The notes under the pieces are model-generated. The model was not told where the DNA came from and searched no databases. It saw only the letters and a list, made by a program, of their open reading frames with translations. From an uncultured bacterium (lineage in GTDB: Bacteria > Eisenbacteria > RBG-16-71-46 > CAIMUX01 > WJJG01): 64,000 bases of DNA. The translations under genes were made by a program, and so were the position numbers. Position 1 is the first letter of the stretch, and the number at the start of each line of letters is the position of its first letter. Shown piece after piece: positions 1-8,909 of the stretch. The stretch is from positions 25,992 through 89,991 of the forward strand of contig CAZTDY010000009.1 of the NCBI GenBank assembly GCA_964612295.1. The letters are read 5' to 3'.

Positions 1-981
1 GCGGGTCGTGTAGAGGTGGGCCAGATCACGGTAGGCTTTCAAGGCACGTCGGAAGGACGCGACGATCGGAAGACCGGTGGCGAGATACTCGTACAGATTG
101 AGGCCTCTGACAGCCGCCAGGTGCGGCTCCCTGCGGAAGGGAAGAATGAGCACATCAGAGGCCTTGACGGTAAGCGCGGCCTTGACGGGGCGAAGCGGCC
201 CCACGGGCCGGATGCGATCACCCGGGAGACGCTGAAACACGGTCAACCCGTCGGGACGAACCTCGCCCACGAAGACGAAGCGCGCCCTTTCGTCAATCTC
301 GATCATGGTGAGAAGGTCTTCATACGAGACGCGCGCGTCGCAGTTGCCCAGGAACGTGATCATCTTGGCTGTGTCGGGCATCTCGAGCTCGGCCCGCAGC
401 GCCTGGCGCTCCTCGACCGAAACGGGCTTGAAGAGATCGAGATCCACGCCGTGTTCGATCACCGCGCTCGGCGCGCCCCCCGGCAAGTATCTCTCCCACG
501 ACTCGATGATATACCGGTTGATCGCGATCATCCCATCGGCGTGGGGAAGTCCCTCGCTCATGGCCTCACCGTAGGCCTCAGCCGAGGGTCGTGACGCCGA
601 CTTCGCTTCGACGTCCTCCGCACAATCGAGCACGATGCGAGCCTTACAGGCCTCCCGTACATGGGGCATCAGGCTCGGGTGGTAACAGAGCACAATATCG
701 GGATCCGGCTTGGCCAGGTCTGCGAGGCTCTTTGCTACAAGCTTTCCCCAGGCTGCCCACGTCTCCCGCAACGACTCGCCGGAGGGCTGCGCAGCGGACT
801 TCCCAAGCGAATGCACCTGAAGATTGGCCAGGGCTTCAGCCGTCTCGGCGGCCGGGTCGCAGGGGCTCGGGGGTTCGAGGTACACGACATCGTGACCGCG
901 TTGCGCCAGACCCAACGCCATCTGCTGGGGTCGATGCCGCATTCCCGCAAAGGGTGTGTCGCTAACCAGGAGCACGTGCAT
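1..981 (-). CDS. Glycosyltransferase family 4 (GT-B), 3' end truncated by window edge
   Basis: Not in the ORF track because it runs off the window. Manual translation from ATG at 981 (RBS AAGGAG): MHVLLVSDTPFAGMRHRPQQMALGLAQRGHDVVYLEP...VIEHGVDLDLF...ASDVLILPF...NLYEYLATGLPIVAS, typical GT4 motifs; open to position 1. Confidence 0.85.
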   Translation of the reverse strand, partial: MHVLLVSDTPFAGMRHRPQQMALGLAQRGHDVVYLEPPSPCDPAAETAEALANLQVHSLGKSAAQPSGESLRETWAAWGKLVAKSLADLAKPDPDIVLCYHPSLMPHVREACKARIVLDCAEDVEAKSASRPSAEAYGEAMSEGLPHADGMIAINRYIIESWERYLPGGAPSAVIEHGVDLDLFKPVSVEERQALRAELEMPDTAKMITFLGNCDARVSYEDLLTMIEIDERARFVFVGEVRPDGLTVFQRLPGDRIRPVGPLRPVKAALTVKASDVLILPFRREPHLAAVRGLNLYEYLATGLPIVASFRRALKAYRDLAHLYTTR

Positions 982-1118
982 GATTCTCTCCTTGTGACGC
1001 GGCCCACCCGCTGCGCATGGGCCCCGAATCCCTCGAAGGGGAAATCATGCGTCAACTTGCGTGTCCGGTCCAGCTGGCATTTGCCTCCCCGGCCCTTCTG
1101 GTTGGCGCCCGGCGCCCG

Positions 1119-1127
1119 TGCTATACT
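1119..1127 (+). promoter_or_regulatory. Putative extended -10 sigma70 promoter (TG-n-TATACT) of the LVIVD gene
   Basis: TGCTATACT about 60 nt upstream of ATG 1189; supports a start at 1189 rather than 661. Confidence 0.5.
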
Positions 1128-1188
1128 CGTTTCGGCGGTTTCGCTCCAGCGACGCCCGCTCATCGGGCGGATGCAGAGAGGAGGTCCG

Positions 1189-3366
1189 ATGCCGGCTTCG
1201 AATGCTCTTCGTGCACTTGCTCTCACGATCCTGACCTGTGCGTTCTCCACCGTCTGTGCTGCTTCAGAGTGCATCGACTACAGCGACTACATCCACCTCG
1301 AGTGCAGCTTGGGGACGCCCGGCCCGGCCTTGGGGATCACCATCTCGGACGATCATGCCTTCATCGCGGATGGAAGCTCCGGGTTGACCATCATCAACAT
1401 CACGAATCCAACACTCCCCCAGGTCGTGAGCAACACCGCCACCCCGAGCGCGGTCCATGACGTTGCGGTCTCCGGTCAATTCGCCTATGTCGCTGCCTTC
1501 GATGCGGGCCTGCTCGTGATCGACATCGGCCTTCCGTGGGCGCCCGAGATCGTCGGTAGCATCGTAACACCCGGCTACGCGAGAGGCGTGGCGGTCTCCG
1601 GCAGCCATGCCCTCGTGGCCGACTACTTCAACGGTCTGCAGGTGATCGATGTCTCCGATCCCGAGAATCCCCTGATCGTGACCGGTGTCGAGCTCGACGG
1701 CCTCGCGTTTGCCGTCGCCACCGCGGGCACGCACGCCTACGTCTCGGTCAATGATCACGGCATTGCGGTGATCGATGTCGCAAACCCTGAGAGTCCGCAG
1801 TTGGTCACCACAGTCGACACCCCCGGCCATACGCGCGGCGTCACGATTACAGACCCGTACGCCTACGTGGCGGATGTCGCCACCGGGCTGCAGATCATCG
1901 ACATCAGCGATCCTGAGCACCCTCAGATCGTCGGCAGCGCCGATACCCCGGGCGCCGCGCGGGACGTGGCGGTCACGGCGACGCACGCCTTCGTTGCAGA
2001 CGATGACCGCTGCCTCCAGGCGATCGATATCACCGATCCCGAGAATCCCCGGCTTGTGGGGGCCGCCTATGGAAACGGGGAAGCCTACGGCGTTGCCCTC
2101 CGGGGAGACTTCGCCCTTGTTGCGGACTACACGACCGGTTTGCACGTGATCGACGTAAGCAGTCCGGCGTCTCCCGAACTCATCGGTGGAGTGGACACGT
2201 CCGGACAGGCCGCCTCTTTGGCCGTCGATGACACGTACGCGTATGTCGCCGATCGGCTCGGCGGCCTGAATGTCATCGACATCACGATTGCAGAGGCTCC
2301 CGCGTGGGTCAGCGCAATCAACACGCCGGGGACCACCAACGACGTCGCCGTTCAGGACCAGCTGGCCTACGTCGCCGACGGTTATCATGACGGGCTCCAA
2401 GTGGTCGACCTCAGCGATCCCGAGAATCCCACCATCTTGGGAAATGTCGGCTGTCAGGGCTGGGGCGAAGGCGTGGCGGTGTCGGGTTCGCTGGCCTTCC
2501 TGGCCGACGGGCCATCAGGGCTCCTGGCCATCGATGTCGCGAATCCCCTGTCGCCGGAAGTTCTCTGCGAAATCGAAACCCCCGGGTGGGCCATCGCCGT
2601 GGAGGTCCGCGCCCCCTACGCGTATGTGGCGGATGGCGGGCCCGGTTTGCAGGTGATCGATTTCTCGGACCCGGAAGATCTCCAGATCGTGGAGACCGTG
2701 AACACTTCAGACAGCGCCCGCGATCTGGTGATCTCGGGAGACTATGCCTTCGTCGCCGATTTCCACGACGGACTGCAGATCATCAATATCGCGGATCCCC
2801 ACAACGCCTTCACCGTCGGCCGCGTGGGCCTGCCTGACCTGGCGCGGGATGTGGATGTCGCCGGCCTCCACGCCTATGTGTGTTCGGGTGACAATGGCGG
2901 CCTTCAGGTGATCGACATCTCGGATGTGACCTCCCCTCGGTTCGTGGGGAGCGTGGACACCCCGCACTCCGCCGCAAGCGTGGTCGTTCGAGATGATCTG
3001 GCCTATGTGTGCTGTTGGGAGGAGGGGCTGCAGGTCTTGCACGCGCAGTGCGACGTGTCGGAGGTGGATGACGCCCTGTCCCCCGGTCCGCGGACGACGC
3101 TGCAGACATTTCCCAGCCCGCTGGACACACGCCCCGCCACCATCTGCTTCGATCTGCCCGCAGAGACTCGCGTGGTTGCGTCGATCCACGACGTGACGGG
3201 CCGCGTGGTGCGGTTCCTGCGGGAAGGATCGATCGCAGGCGGCTCTCATGAGCTTCTTTGGGATGGGCGGGATGATCGGGGGTCGCCCGCGCCGAACGGC
3301 ACCTACCTCGTGCGCGTACTCACTCCGCGGGAGACCCTGTCGGGGCGGCTCGTCATCGTCCGCTGA
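1189..3366 (+). CDS. Secreted LVIVD-repeat beta-propeller protein (14 repeats) with C-terminal FlgD Ig-like domain
   Basis: RBS GAGGAGGT before ATG 1189; signal peptide MPASNALRALALTILTCAFSTVCA; 14 repeats of about 42 aa (TPG.A..V.V.G..AYVAD...GLQVID.SDP.NP); C-terminus DVTGRVVRFL...LLWDGRDDRGSPAPNGTYLVRV. Confidence 0.9.
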   Translation: MPASNALRALALTILTCAFSTVCAASECIDYSDYIHLECSLGTPGPALGITISDDHAFIADGSSGLTIINITNPTLPQVVSNTATPSAVHDVAVSGQFAYVAAFDAGLLVIDIGLPWAPEIVGSIVTPGYARGVAVSGSHALVADYFNGLQVIDVSDPENPLIVTGVELDGLAFAVATAGTHAYVSVNDHGIAVIDVANPESPQLVTTVDTPGHTRGVTITDPYAYVADVATGLQIIDISDPEHPQIVGSADTPGAARDVAVTATHAFVADDDRCLQAIDITDPENPRLVGAAYGNGEAYGVALRGDFALVADYTTGLHVIDVSSPASPELIGGVDTSGQAASLAVDDTYAYVADRLGGLNVIDITIAEAPAWVSAINTPGTTNDVAVQDQLAYVADGYHDGLQVVDLSDPENPTILGNVGCQGWGEGVAVSGSLAFLADGPSGLLAIDVANPLSPEVLCEIETPGWAIAVEVRAPYAYVADGGPGLQVIDFSDPEDLQIVETVNTSDSARDLVISGDYAFVADFHDGLQIINIADPHNAFTVGRVGLPDLARDVDVAGLHAYVCSGDNGGLQVIDISDVTSPRFVGSVDTPHSAASVVVRDDLAYVCCWEEGLQVLHAQCDVSEVDDALSPGPRTTLQTFPSPLDTRPATICFDLPAETRVVASIHDVTGRVVRFLREGSIAGGSHELLWDGRDDRGSPAPNGTYLVRVLTPRETLSGRLVIVR

Positions 3367-3369
3367 GGG

Positions 3370-5130
3370 CTACTGCCGGCGCGCCATCTCGTGCAGTGTG
3401 ACGCCCCAGAGATGTGGATCTTCAGGGCAACACGTGTTCCAGTCTTCAAAGGAATGGTTGCTGTCACTGCGGAATTGCAGGGAGTAGTTTCCCGGTTCGA
3501 GCGTCATCACCCGCTCCGCACGGCGGTTCTTCTTCGCTCCACCGGCGTGCCAGGTTTCCTCGTATTGCATTTCCCAGATCGTCTCTCCGGTGTCGGTGCG
3601 GTCGAGCCATCCGTAGTCGTACATGCGGCCCTTTGAACCTTCGCCCAGCGCAATGATCTTGATGGGTGTCGGGTCATTCACGCTGAATCGCACCCGGCGA
3701 TTGACGTCATTGCCCATCGGCGCGAGCTGGATAAGGGTCAGCGATCCCTCGCCCGGCTGGAAAGTTTCGACCACATCGGGTGAGAAGTCTTCTCCGATGC
3801 CGCGCAGCCCAATACCCCATGCGCCGGGATCGTAAGGGGCTTCGTTCGCCCAGGCGCGGCTGGAGTGCGCGTAGTCGGTCATGTAGCAGAGGTAGTATTC
3901 ACCTGCGGGCAAATGAAGCTGCTCGCACACCTGCCGATTACGGGCTTCCCCGCCTCCGTAAACACCGCGTTCGAACTTCATCGACCACACTTCTTCGAGC
4001 GTGCGTGCATCTTCGATCCAGCCGTAGTCAAGCGCCTGACCCTCCGAGAAGGACCACTCGCCCAGCCCGTGCGCGCATACATCGATACCGTCCAGCACGC
4101 GAAAGCCGAGGCGGCCGAAATCGGAGTCGCCCATGCGATCCAGGACGGCGAAGACATTCACACCCGGCGGGTCGAGCTGGACTTCGATCGCATCTTCAGC
4201 CAGCGGACGCGCGGGGAGAATCGTCAGCCCCCACGACTCGGGATCGAAGGGCGGGTGCATGTTCCAACGATCATAGGCGTGCGTTGCATCCGTCGCATAG
4301 CAGACCAGGTAGCGACCCGGCCGCAGCGTGACCTCGCTGTCGAATACGCGGTTCTTCTTTGCGCCGCCAGCCATCCTGGTGTTCGTCAGGGTCATCTCCC
4401 AAATGCGACCGCAACCGTCAAGCTGTTCGATCCAGGCGCCATCGGAAAACGCCTGTTCGCGCGCCCAGTACTCGCCCACCGCGAGAATCCGCAACCGGAC
4501 ATCTTCACGCACCGTGAGCTCAGCGCGCCTCAGTTGATGCGAGGGAACGCGCCGAAAGGCAACGATTTCTTCCATGTCGACCGATCGCGCCGGGCTGTGG
4601 AGGGAGTTGAGAGGGAAGTCCTCATCCGCGGCGCGGACAACGACCCGCCAGTCGCGAGGTTTGCCGTATCGGTCCCAGGGCACCATGACCCCGCCGTGCA
4701 CATCCACGCGTCCGAGTTCGAAGAGTTTTAGAAACTTGATCTTCTTCTTGAGTGGATAGGGGCCACCGTGCGCCGAGAAGTAGAGCGCATAGTCACCGGC
4801 GGGCAGGGTCAATTGAGCAGACGCTTCGACGTTGTCGTCCCGCGTGGGCTCGACGTTCGCCAGCTCCATCTTCCAGATCACTTCACGGCTGTTCAAGTCG
4901 AGCAGCCAGGGGTAGCTGAACAGAAACTCCTCAGCGGGCGCACCCGCCGAGATCGCATCGATCTCGACTGCGGTCGGGAAGTCCAACGAAAACGTCTCGC
5001 GATAGAGTCCTTGATCCGGGATGTCCTTGATGGCCGCAAGCACCGGGCCCTTCGCTTGTGCCACCACCACGCCCGCCAGGAAGGCCAGCGCCAGACCGGC
5101 AAGCTGCAGCGCCGCCCTGCGTGTGACCAT
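3370..5130 (-). CDS. Exported hypothetical protein with four internal repeats of about 130-140 aa
   Basis: Start taken at MVTRRAALQLAGLALAFLAG (possible Tat-like signal; alternative start 5172). Repeats share D.GWI...IW.M...AGGA.KNR...L.PG.Y...TD..H...W...P.DP..WG. Confidence 0.8.
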   Translation of the reverse strand: MVTRRAALQLAGLALAFLAGVVVAQAKGPVLAAIKDIPDQGLYRETFSLDFPTAVEIDAISAGAPAEEFLFSYPWLLDLNSREVIWKMELANVEPTRDDNVEASAQLTLPAGDYALYFSAHGGPYPLKKKIKFLKLFELGRVDVHGGVMVPWDRYGKPRDWRVVVRAADEDFPLNSLHSPARSVDMEEIVAFRRVPSHQLRRAELTVREDVRLRILAVGEYWAREQAFSDGAWIEQLDGCGRIWEMTLTNTRMAGGAKKNRVFDSEVTLRPGRYLVCYATDATHAYDRWNMHPPFDPESWGLTILPARPLAEDAIEVQLDPPGVNVFAVLDRMGDSDFGRLGFRVLDGIDVCAHGLGEWSFSEGQALDYGWIEDARTLEEVWSMKFERGVYGGGEARNRQVCEQLHLPAGEYYLCYMTDYAHSSRAWANEAPYDPGAWGIGLRGIGEDFSPDVVETFQPGEGSLTLIQLAPMGNDVNRRVRFSVNDPTPIKIIALGEGSKGRMYDYGWLDRTDTGETIWEMQYEETWHAGGAKKNRRAERVMTLEPGNYSLQFRSDSNHSFEDWNTCCPEDPHLWGVTLHEMARRQ

Positions 5131-5271
5131 CCGTGCTCTACTTGTGTTGTTGGCCGCTTCCACCGCGATCACCTCGTTTCCTTCGATTCGATCGTCGGTC
5201 CCCGTCCCGGGGGATCCGCACTCGTCCCATCGGTCTGGCCCCTCGCTACTTACCAGCCATTTACGCCTGCG

Positions 5272-6168
5272 TCAGCTGCAAGTTGCGCCCCAGCCAGGAT
5301 TGTTGGAGGCGCCGGCCTGCTCCCGCAGCTCCTGCAGGGCCTCGTACGGACACTCTCCTGGGCGGCCAATCCCTTCCAAACAAAGCAGTTCCCGGCGCGG
5401 ACCCCGCCTGGAGCCCTCTAGATCATGGACATCGACCAGCACGCCGCGCTCGCATGCCAGGCAGCGTTCGGGCTGGCCATCCAAGCGCATCGCCCCCACC
5501 TGGTCGGTCAGGGCCTGGTCCCAGGCGGCCGGGTTGGCCCCGCTTCGCTCTTCGACATGAATCCTCCGCAGTCCGCTGGCCAGGAGCCGGCCGCGGTCGA
5601 GAGCAATCTCGCCTTCGGCTTCGAGCCGGTCGCCCTCGGCCAGCTTGAGCCGCTGCTGCTGTCCGCTGCTGATCCGCATGAAGATGGGATCGGCAAAGCC
5701 CTGCCTTCCGGCGAAGGCGGGGCAGAGCCTCACTAGAAAGCCGCGCAGGTAGATTCGGCTCCGCCGGCCGTCGACCTCTCGCACCAGACGCGGACGAATG
5801 CTGCTGACCGTCCCCCCCACCTCGAGTCGCCGTCCGCCATGGTCCTCGAGCCATTCATCGAAGCGGCGACAGTCGTCCTCGAATTGGCGGTACTCATCGT
5901 CGGAAACCAGCCGCTCCGGGTAGCGGTGGATCTTCTCTTCGTCGTAGTGACGACACTGGGTGCAGTTGTTGCCAACATGCCCGTAGCCTTTGGGACACTG
6001 CCCACCCTTGCCCAGCTTCTTGCACTTCCACTGAAAGCCCAGGCAACCCTCGGGGTAGCAGCGCTTCTCGCCGAGCACATGGTACGCTGAGACCGCATGG
6101 TTGAAGTTCCGGTGGGCCTCATGCCGGCAGATGAAGATGTCGTCGCGCTTGTACGGGTTGCGCATCAT
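5272..6168 (-). CDS. Cys/His-rich hypothetical protein (putative metal-binding, possible OB-fold core)
   Basis: Strong RBS GGAGGAGG before ATG 6168 (MMRNPYKRDD); clusters CRH, CYPEGC, CPKGYGHVGNNCTQCRH, CLAC...C...CPY; no signal peptide. Confidence 0.75.
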   Translation of the reverse strand: MMRNPYKRDDIFICRHEAHRNFNHAVSAYHVLGEKRCYPEGCLGFQWKCKKLGKGGQCPKGYGHVGNNCTQCRHYDEEKIHRYPERLVSDDEYRQFEDDCRRFDEWLEDHGGRRLEVGGTVSSIRPRLVREVDGRRSRIYLRGFLVRLCPAFAGRQGFADPIFMRISSGQQQRLKLAEGDRLEAEGEIALDRGRLLASGLRRIHVEERSGANPAAWDQALTDQVGAMRLDGQPERCLACERGVLVDVHDLEGSRRGPRRELLCLEGIGRPGECPYEALQELREQAGASNNPGWGATCS

Positions 6169-6266
6169 GGCGATTGCCTCCTCCTGAATCATCTCATCTC
6201 GCCCTACCCGGATACAGGCTTGGATGCTCCGCAGTGAGGTCTGCGTCTACCCTTCGGAATCCGTTG

Positions 6267-6294
6267 GGAAATCAAGGCATATACCTTGATTTCC
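6267..6294. promoter_or_regulatory. Perfect 11-6-11 inverted repeat in the divergent intergenic region (candidate operator or IHF-like site)
   Basis: GGAAATCAAGG-CATATA-CCTTGATTTCC; the arms are exact reverse complements. Confidence 0.55.
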
Positions 6295-6406
6295 TGACAG
6301 CCCACAGAGGCACATGCAAACCTGCCCACCCGGAGAACTTGGCAGGGCCGGCCGGGTATACCCCGATAGCCACTCACCGACATCCCCCAGTCCTCTCAGA
6401 TTCCAG

Positions 6407-6436
6407 TTGACATACATAAAAAGATACCGATACTTT
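6407..6436 (+). promoter_or_regulatory. sigma70 promoter of sahR-ahcY, probably giving a leaderless mRNA
   Basis: TTGACA (6407-6412), 18-nt spacer, TACTTT (6431-6436); ATG at 6443 is 6 nt downstream and has no Shine-Dalgarno; AT-rich island in a GC-rich genome. Confidence 0.6.
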
Positions 6437-6442
6437 TATATT

Positions 6443-7399
6443 ATGAATGAGCAGTTACTCGATAGACTCAAGGCCTTGGCCGATCCACTCAGGCTGCGCA
6501 TGATCGCAATCCTGCGCGCCGAGGAGCTCGCCGTAACCGAGCTGGCCGAAGTTCTGTCCATATCGCAGCCGCGGGTATCGCACCATCTCAAGGTCCTCAG
6601 GGAAGCCGACATCGTAACCGTCCGCCATGAAGGCACTTGGACCTTCTGTTCCATTGTGGCGGGAGAATCCCCCGGCGACGGACTCCTGGCCGCGCTCGAG
6701 CCCATGGCCGGCGGATTCGAGCCCCACCCGGACGACCAGAGACGCCTACACGGGGTGATGGCCCAACGCCGCAAGCGATCAAAGGAGTTCTTTGAATCCG
6801 TCGCAGCGGACTGGAACGAGCTCGAACCGCGCTTCGCCGGCAACGGCCTTCGCCACCAGGCCCTCTCCTTTCTGCTCCCCGAGGGGCTGGTTTTTGCCGA
6901 CATTGGGTGTGGCACCGGTTTCATGTCCCGCACGCTGGCCACGCGGGCGAGAAAGGTGATCCTGATCGATCACTCCCCCGCGATGCTCGATCAGGCCAAG
7001 GCGGAACTGGGCACCATCAAGGGCGTGGAACTGGACTTCCGCGTGGCCGAACTCGACAGCCTGCCGCTCGACGATGCCGAGGTCGACGGGGCGTTCGCGA
7101 ATCTCGTCCTGCATCACGTGCCGGATCTCGGCGCCACGCTCAGGGAGCTGCACCGGGTGATCAAAACCGGAGGCCGGCTCGTGATTTCGGACTTGTTGCC
7201 ACACGAGGTGGAATCGCTCCGCGAGGAGCAGGCGGATCTCAGGCTGGGCCTGAGTCCTGATGAACTTGCCGTCCGTCTCGAGCAGGCGGGCTTCGCGCAG
7301 TTGGAGTATGAAGAAGCTGTGGACGCGCTTTGGATCACGACAGAAGCGGGGGAAGACGAACTCCTCCCCATTTTCGTGATGAGTGCCAGGCGGCCGTAA
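6443..7399 (+). CDS. sahR: ArsR-family HTH regulator fused to a SAM-dependent methyltransferase domain (SahR-like regulator of the SAM cycle)
   Basis: N-terminal ArsR HTH ([13 protein letters not shown]...[15 protein letters not shown]); class I MTase motif ADIGCGTG; NLVLHHVPD; directly upstream of ahcY, the known SahR context. Confidence 0.8.
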   Translation: MNEQLLDRLKALADPLRLRMIAILRAEELAVTELAEVLSISQPRVSHHLKVLREADIVTVRHEGTWTFCSIVAGESPGDGLLAALEPMAGGFEPHPDDQRRLHGVMAQRRKRSKEFFESVAADWNELEPRFAGNGLRHQALSFLLPEGLVFADIGCGTGFMSRTLATRARKVILIDHSPAMLDQAKAELGTIKGVELDFRVAELDSLPLDDAEVDGAFANLVLHHVPDLGATLRELHRVIKTGGRLVISDLLPHEVESLREEQADLRLGLSPDELAVRLEQAGFAQLEYEEAVDALWITTEAGEDELLPIFVMSARRP

Positions 7400-7421
7400 C
7401 AAACGGGAGACGAAGAAGACC

Positions 7422-8858
7422 ATGACCGAAGCAATGCTGACCAAGTCCCTCCCCCACAAGGTCAAGGACCTCGCTTTGGCCGATTGGGGACGCAAAGAGA
7501 TCGTGCTGGCCGAGGCCGAGATGCCCGGCTTGATGTCCATCCGCAAGAAGTACGGCTCGGAAAAACCGCTGGCCGGCCACCGGGTCATGGGCTCTCTGCA
7601 CATGACGATTCAGACCGCGGTCCTGATCGAAACGCTCGAAGCGCTCGGAGCCGAGGTCCGCTGGGCGAGCTGCAACATCTACTCGACGCAGGATCATGCC
7701 GCCGCGGCAATCGCCGACGCGGGCAAGTCCGCCGTGTTCGCCTGGAAGGGTGAGTCGCTCGCCGAGTATTGGTGGTGCACCCATCAGGCCCTCACCTTCT
7801 CAGGCGGCAGGGGCCCCTCGCTCATCGTCGACGACGGCGGCGATGCCACCATGATGATCCACTGGGGTTACGAGCTCGAGCAGTACTATCAGAAGAACGG
7901 CACCTACCCGGAGTGGGAGCTGGACGGCGAAGATGCGATCGAGCTCTTCAAGATCCTGACCGAGATCCACGCGGAAGATCCGCAGCGCTGGACCAAGATG
8001 GTGCCTGAAATCATCGGCGTCTCGGAAGAAACCACGACTGGCGTGCACCGGCTCTATCAGCGGAACGAAGAGGGTTCGCTCCTCTTCCCCGCCTACAACG
8101 TGAACGACTCGGTCACCAAGTCGAAGTTCGACAACCTCTACGGCTGCCGCGAGTCGTTGGCCGACGGAATCAAACGCGCCACCGACATCATGGTGGCCGG
8201 CAAGGTGGTCGTGATTGCCGGATACGGCGATGTCGGCAAGGGCTGCGCCCAGTCGATGCGGGGGTTCGGCGCGCGGGTGCTGGTGACCGAGATCGATCCG
8301 ATCTGCGCTCTGCAGGCCGCGATGGAAGGCTACGAGGTCACCACGATGGAAGACGCCCTCCCCGAGGCGGACATCTACGTCACCTCCACGGGCAACTGCG
8401 ACGTGATCACCGCCGAGCACATGTCAAAGATGAAAGACCGGGCGATCGTCTGCAACATCGGCCACTTCGACAACGAGATCCAGGTCAACCAGATGAAGGC
8501 CATGTCCGGCGTCGAACATCGCAACATCAAAGACGAAGTGGATGAGTACATCTTCCCCGACGGCCACAGCATCATCTTGCTGGCGCAGGGCCGATTGGTG
8601 AACTTGGGTTGTGCGACGGGACATGCCTCCTTCGTGATGAGCAATTCGTTCACGAACCAGTGCATGGCGCAGATCGCGCTGGCGCAGGATAAGCCCGAGA
8701 TCGGCGTCTACGTGTTGCCGAAGCACCTCGACGAAGAGGTCGCGCGCCTCCATCTCAAGAAGCTGGGGGTCAAGCTGACCAAGCTCACCTCGCGGCAGGC
8801 GAAGTATCTGGGGGTGCCCGAGAACGGGCCCTACAAGCCGGACGCGTATCGGTACTAG
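7422..8858 (+). CDS. ahcY: Adenosylhomocysteinase (SAH hydrolase)
   Basis: [78 protein letters not shown]-like motif, C-terminal [10 protein letters not shown]. Confidence 0.98.
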   Translation: MTEAMLTKSLPHKVKDLALADWGRKEIVLAEAEMPGLMSIRKKYGSEKPLAGHRVMGSLHMTIQTAVLIETLEALGAEVRWASCNIYSTQDHAAAAIADAGKSAVFAWKGESLAEYWWCTHQALTFSGGRGPSLIVDDGGDATMMIHWGYELEQYYQKNGTYPEWELDGEDAIELFKILTEIHAEDPQRWTKMVPEIIGVSEETTTGVHRLYQRNEEGSLLFPAYNVNDSVTKSKFDNLYGCRESLADGIKRATDIMVAGKVVVIAGYGDVGKGCAQSMRGFGARVLVTEIDPICALQAAMEGYEVTTMEDALPEADIYVTSTGNCDVITAEHMSKMKDRAIVCNIGHFDNEIQVNQMKAMSGVEHRNIKDEVDEYIFPDGHSIILLAQGRLVNLGCATGHASFVMSNSFTNQCMAQIALAQDKPEIGVYVLPKHLDEEVARLHLKKLGVKLTKLTSRQAKYLGVPENGPYKPDAYRY

Positions 8859-8862
8859 AACC

Positions 8863-8898
8863 AAAAGGGGCGGCCGATTTCCCGGCCGCCCCTTCGTT
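8863..8898. terminator. Bidirectional intrinsic terminator between convergent ahcY and the LVIVD gene
   Basis: 12-bp stem AAGGGGCGGCCG / CGGCCGCCCCTT with loop ATTTCC; preceding AAAA gives a U-run on the minus strand, TTCGTT follows on the plus strand. Confidence 0.8.
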
Positions 8899-8909
8899 CA
8901 CCCCACGTT

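Noticed and set aside
661-1188. N-terminal extension of the 901-aa ORF (661..3366)
   Set aside because: It overlaps the minus-strand GT4 gene (1-981). An RBS, signal peptide and extended -10 all support a start at 1189.
6267-6294. Chromosomal dif site
   Set aside because: The 11-6-11 geometry fits, but the arms do not resemble XerC/XerD sites (no TTATGTTAAAT-like arm), and dif is not perfectly symmetric.
6192-6442. SAH or SAM riboswitch upstream of the ahcY operon
   Set aside because: No riboswitch core sequence was recognised, and the promoter appears to abut the start codon, leaving no leader. An Infernal/Rfam scan would settle it.
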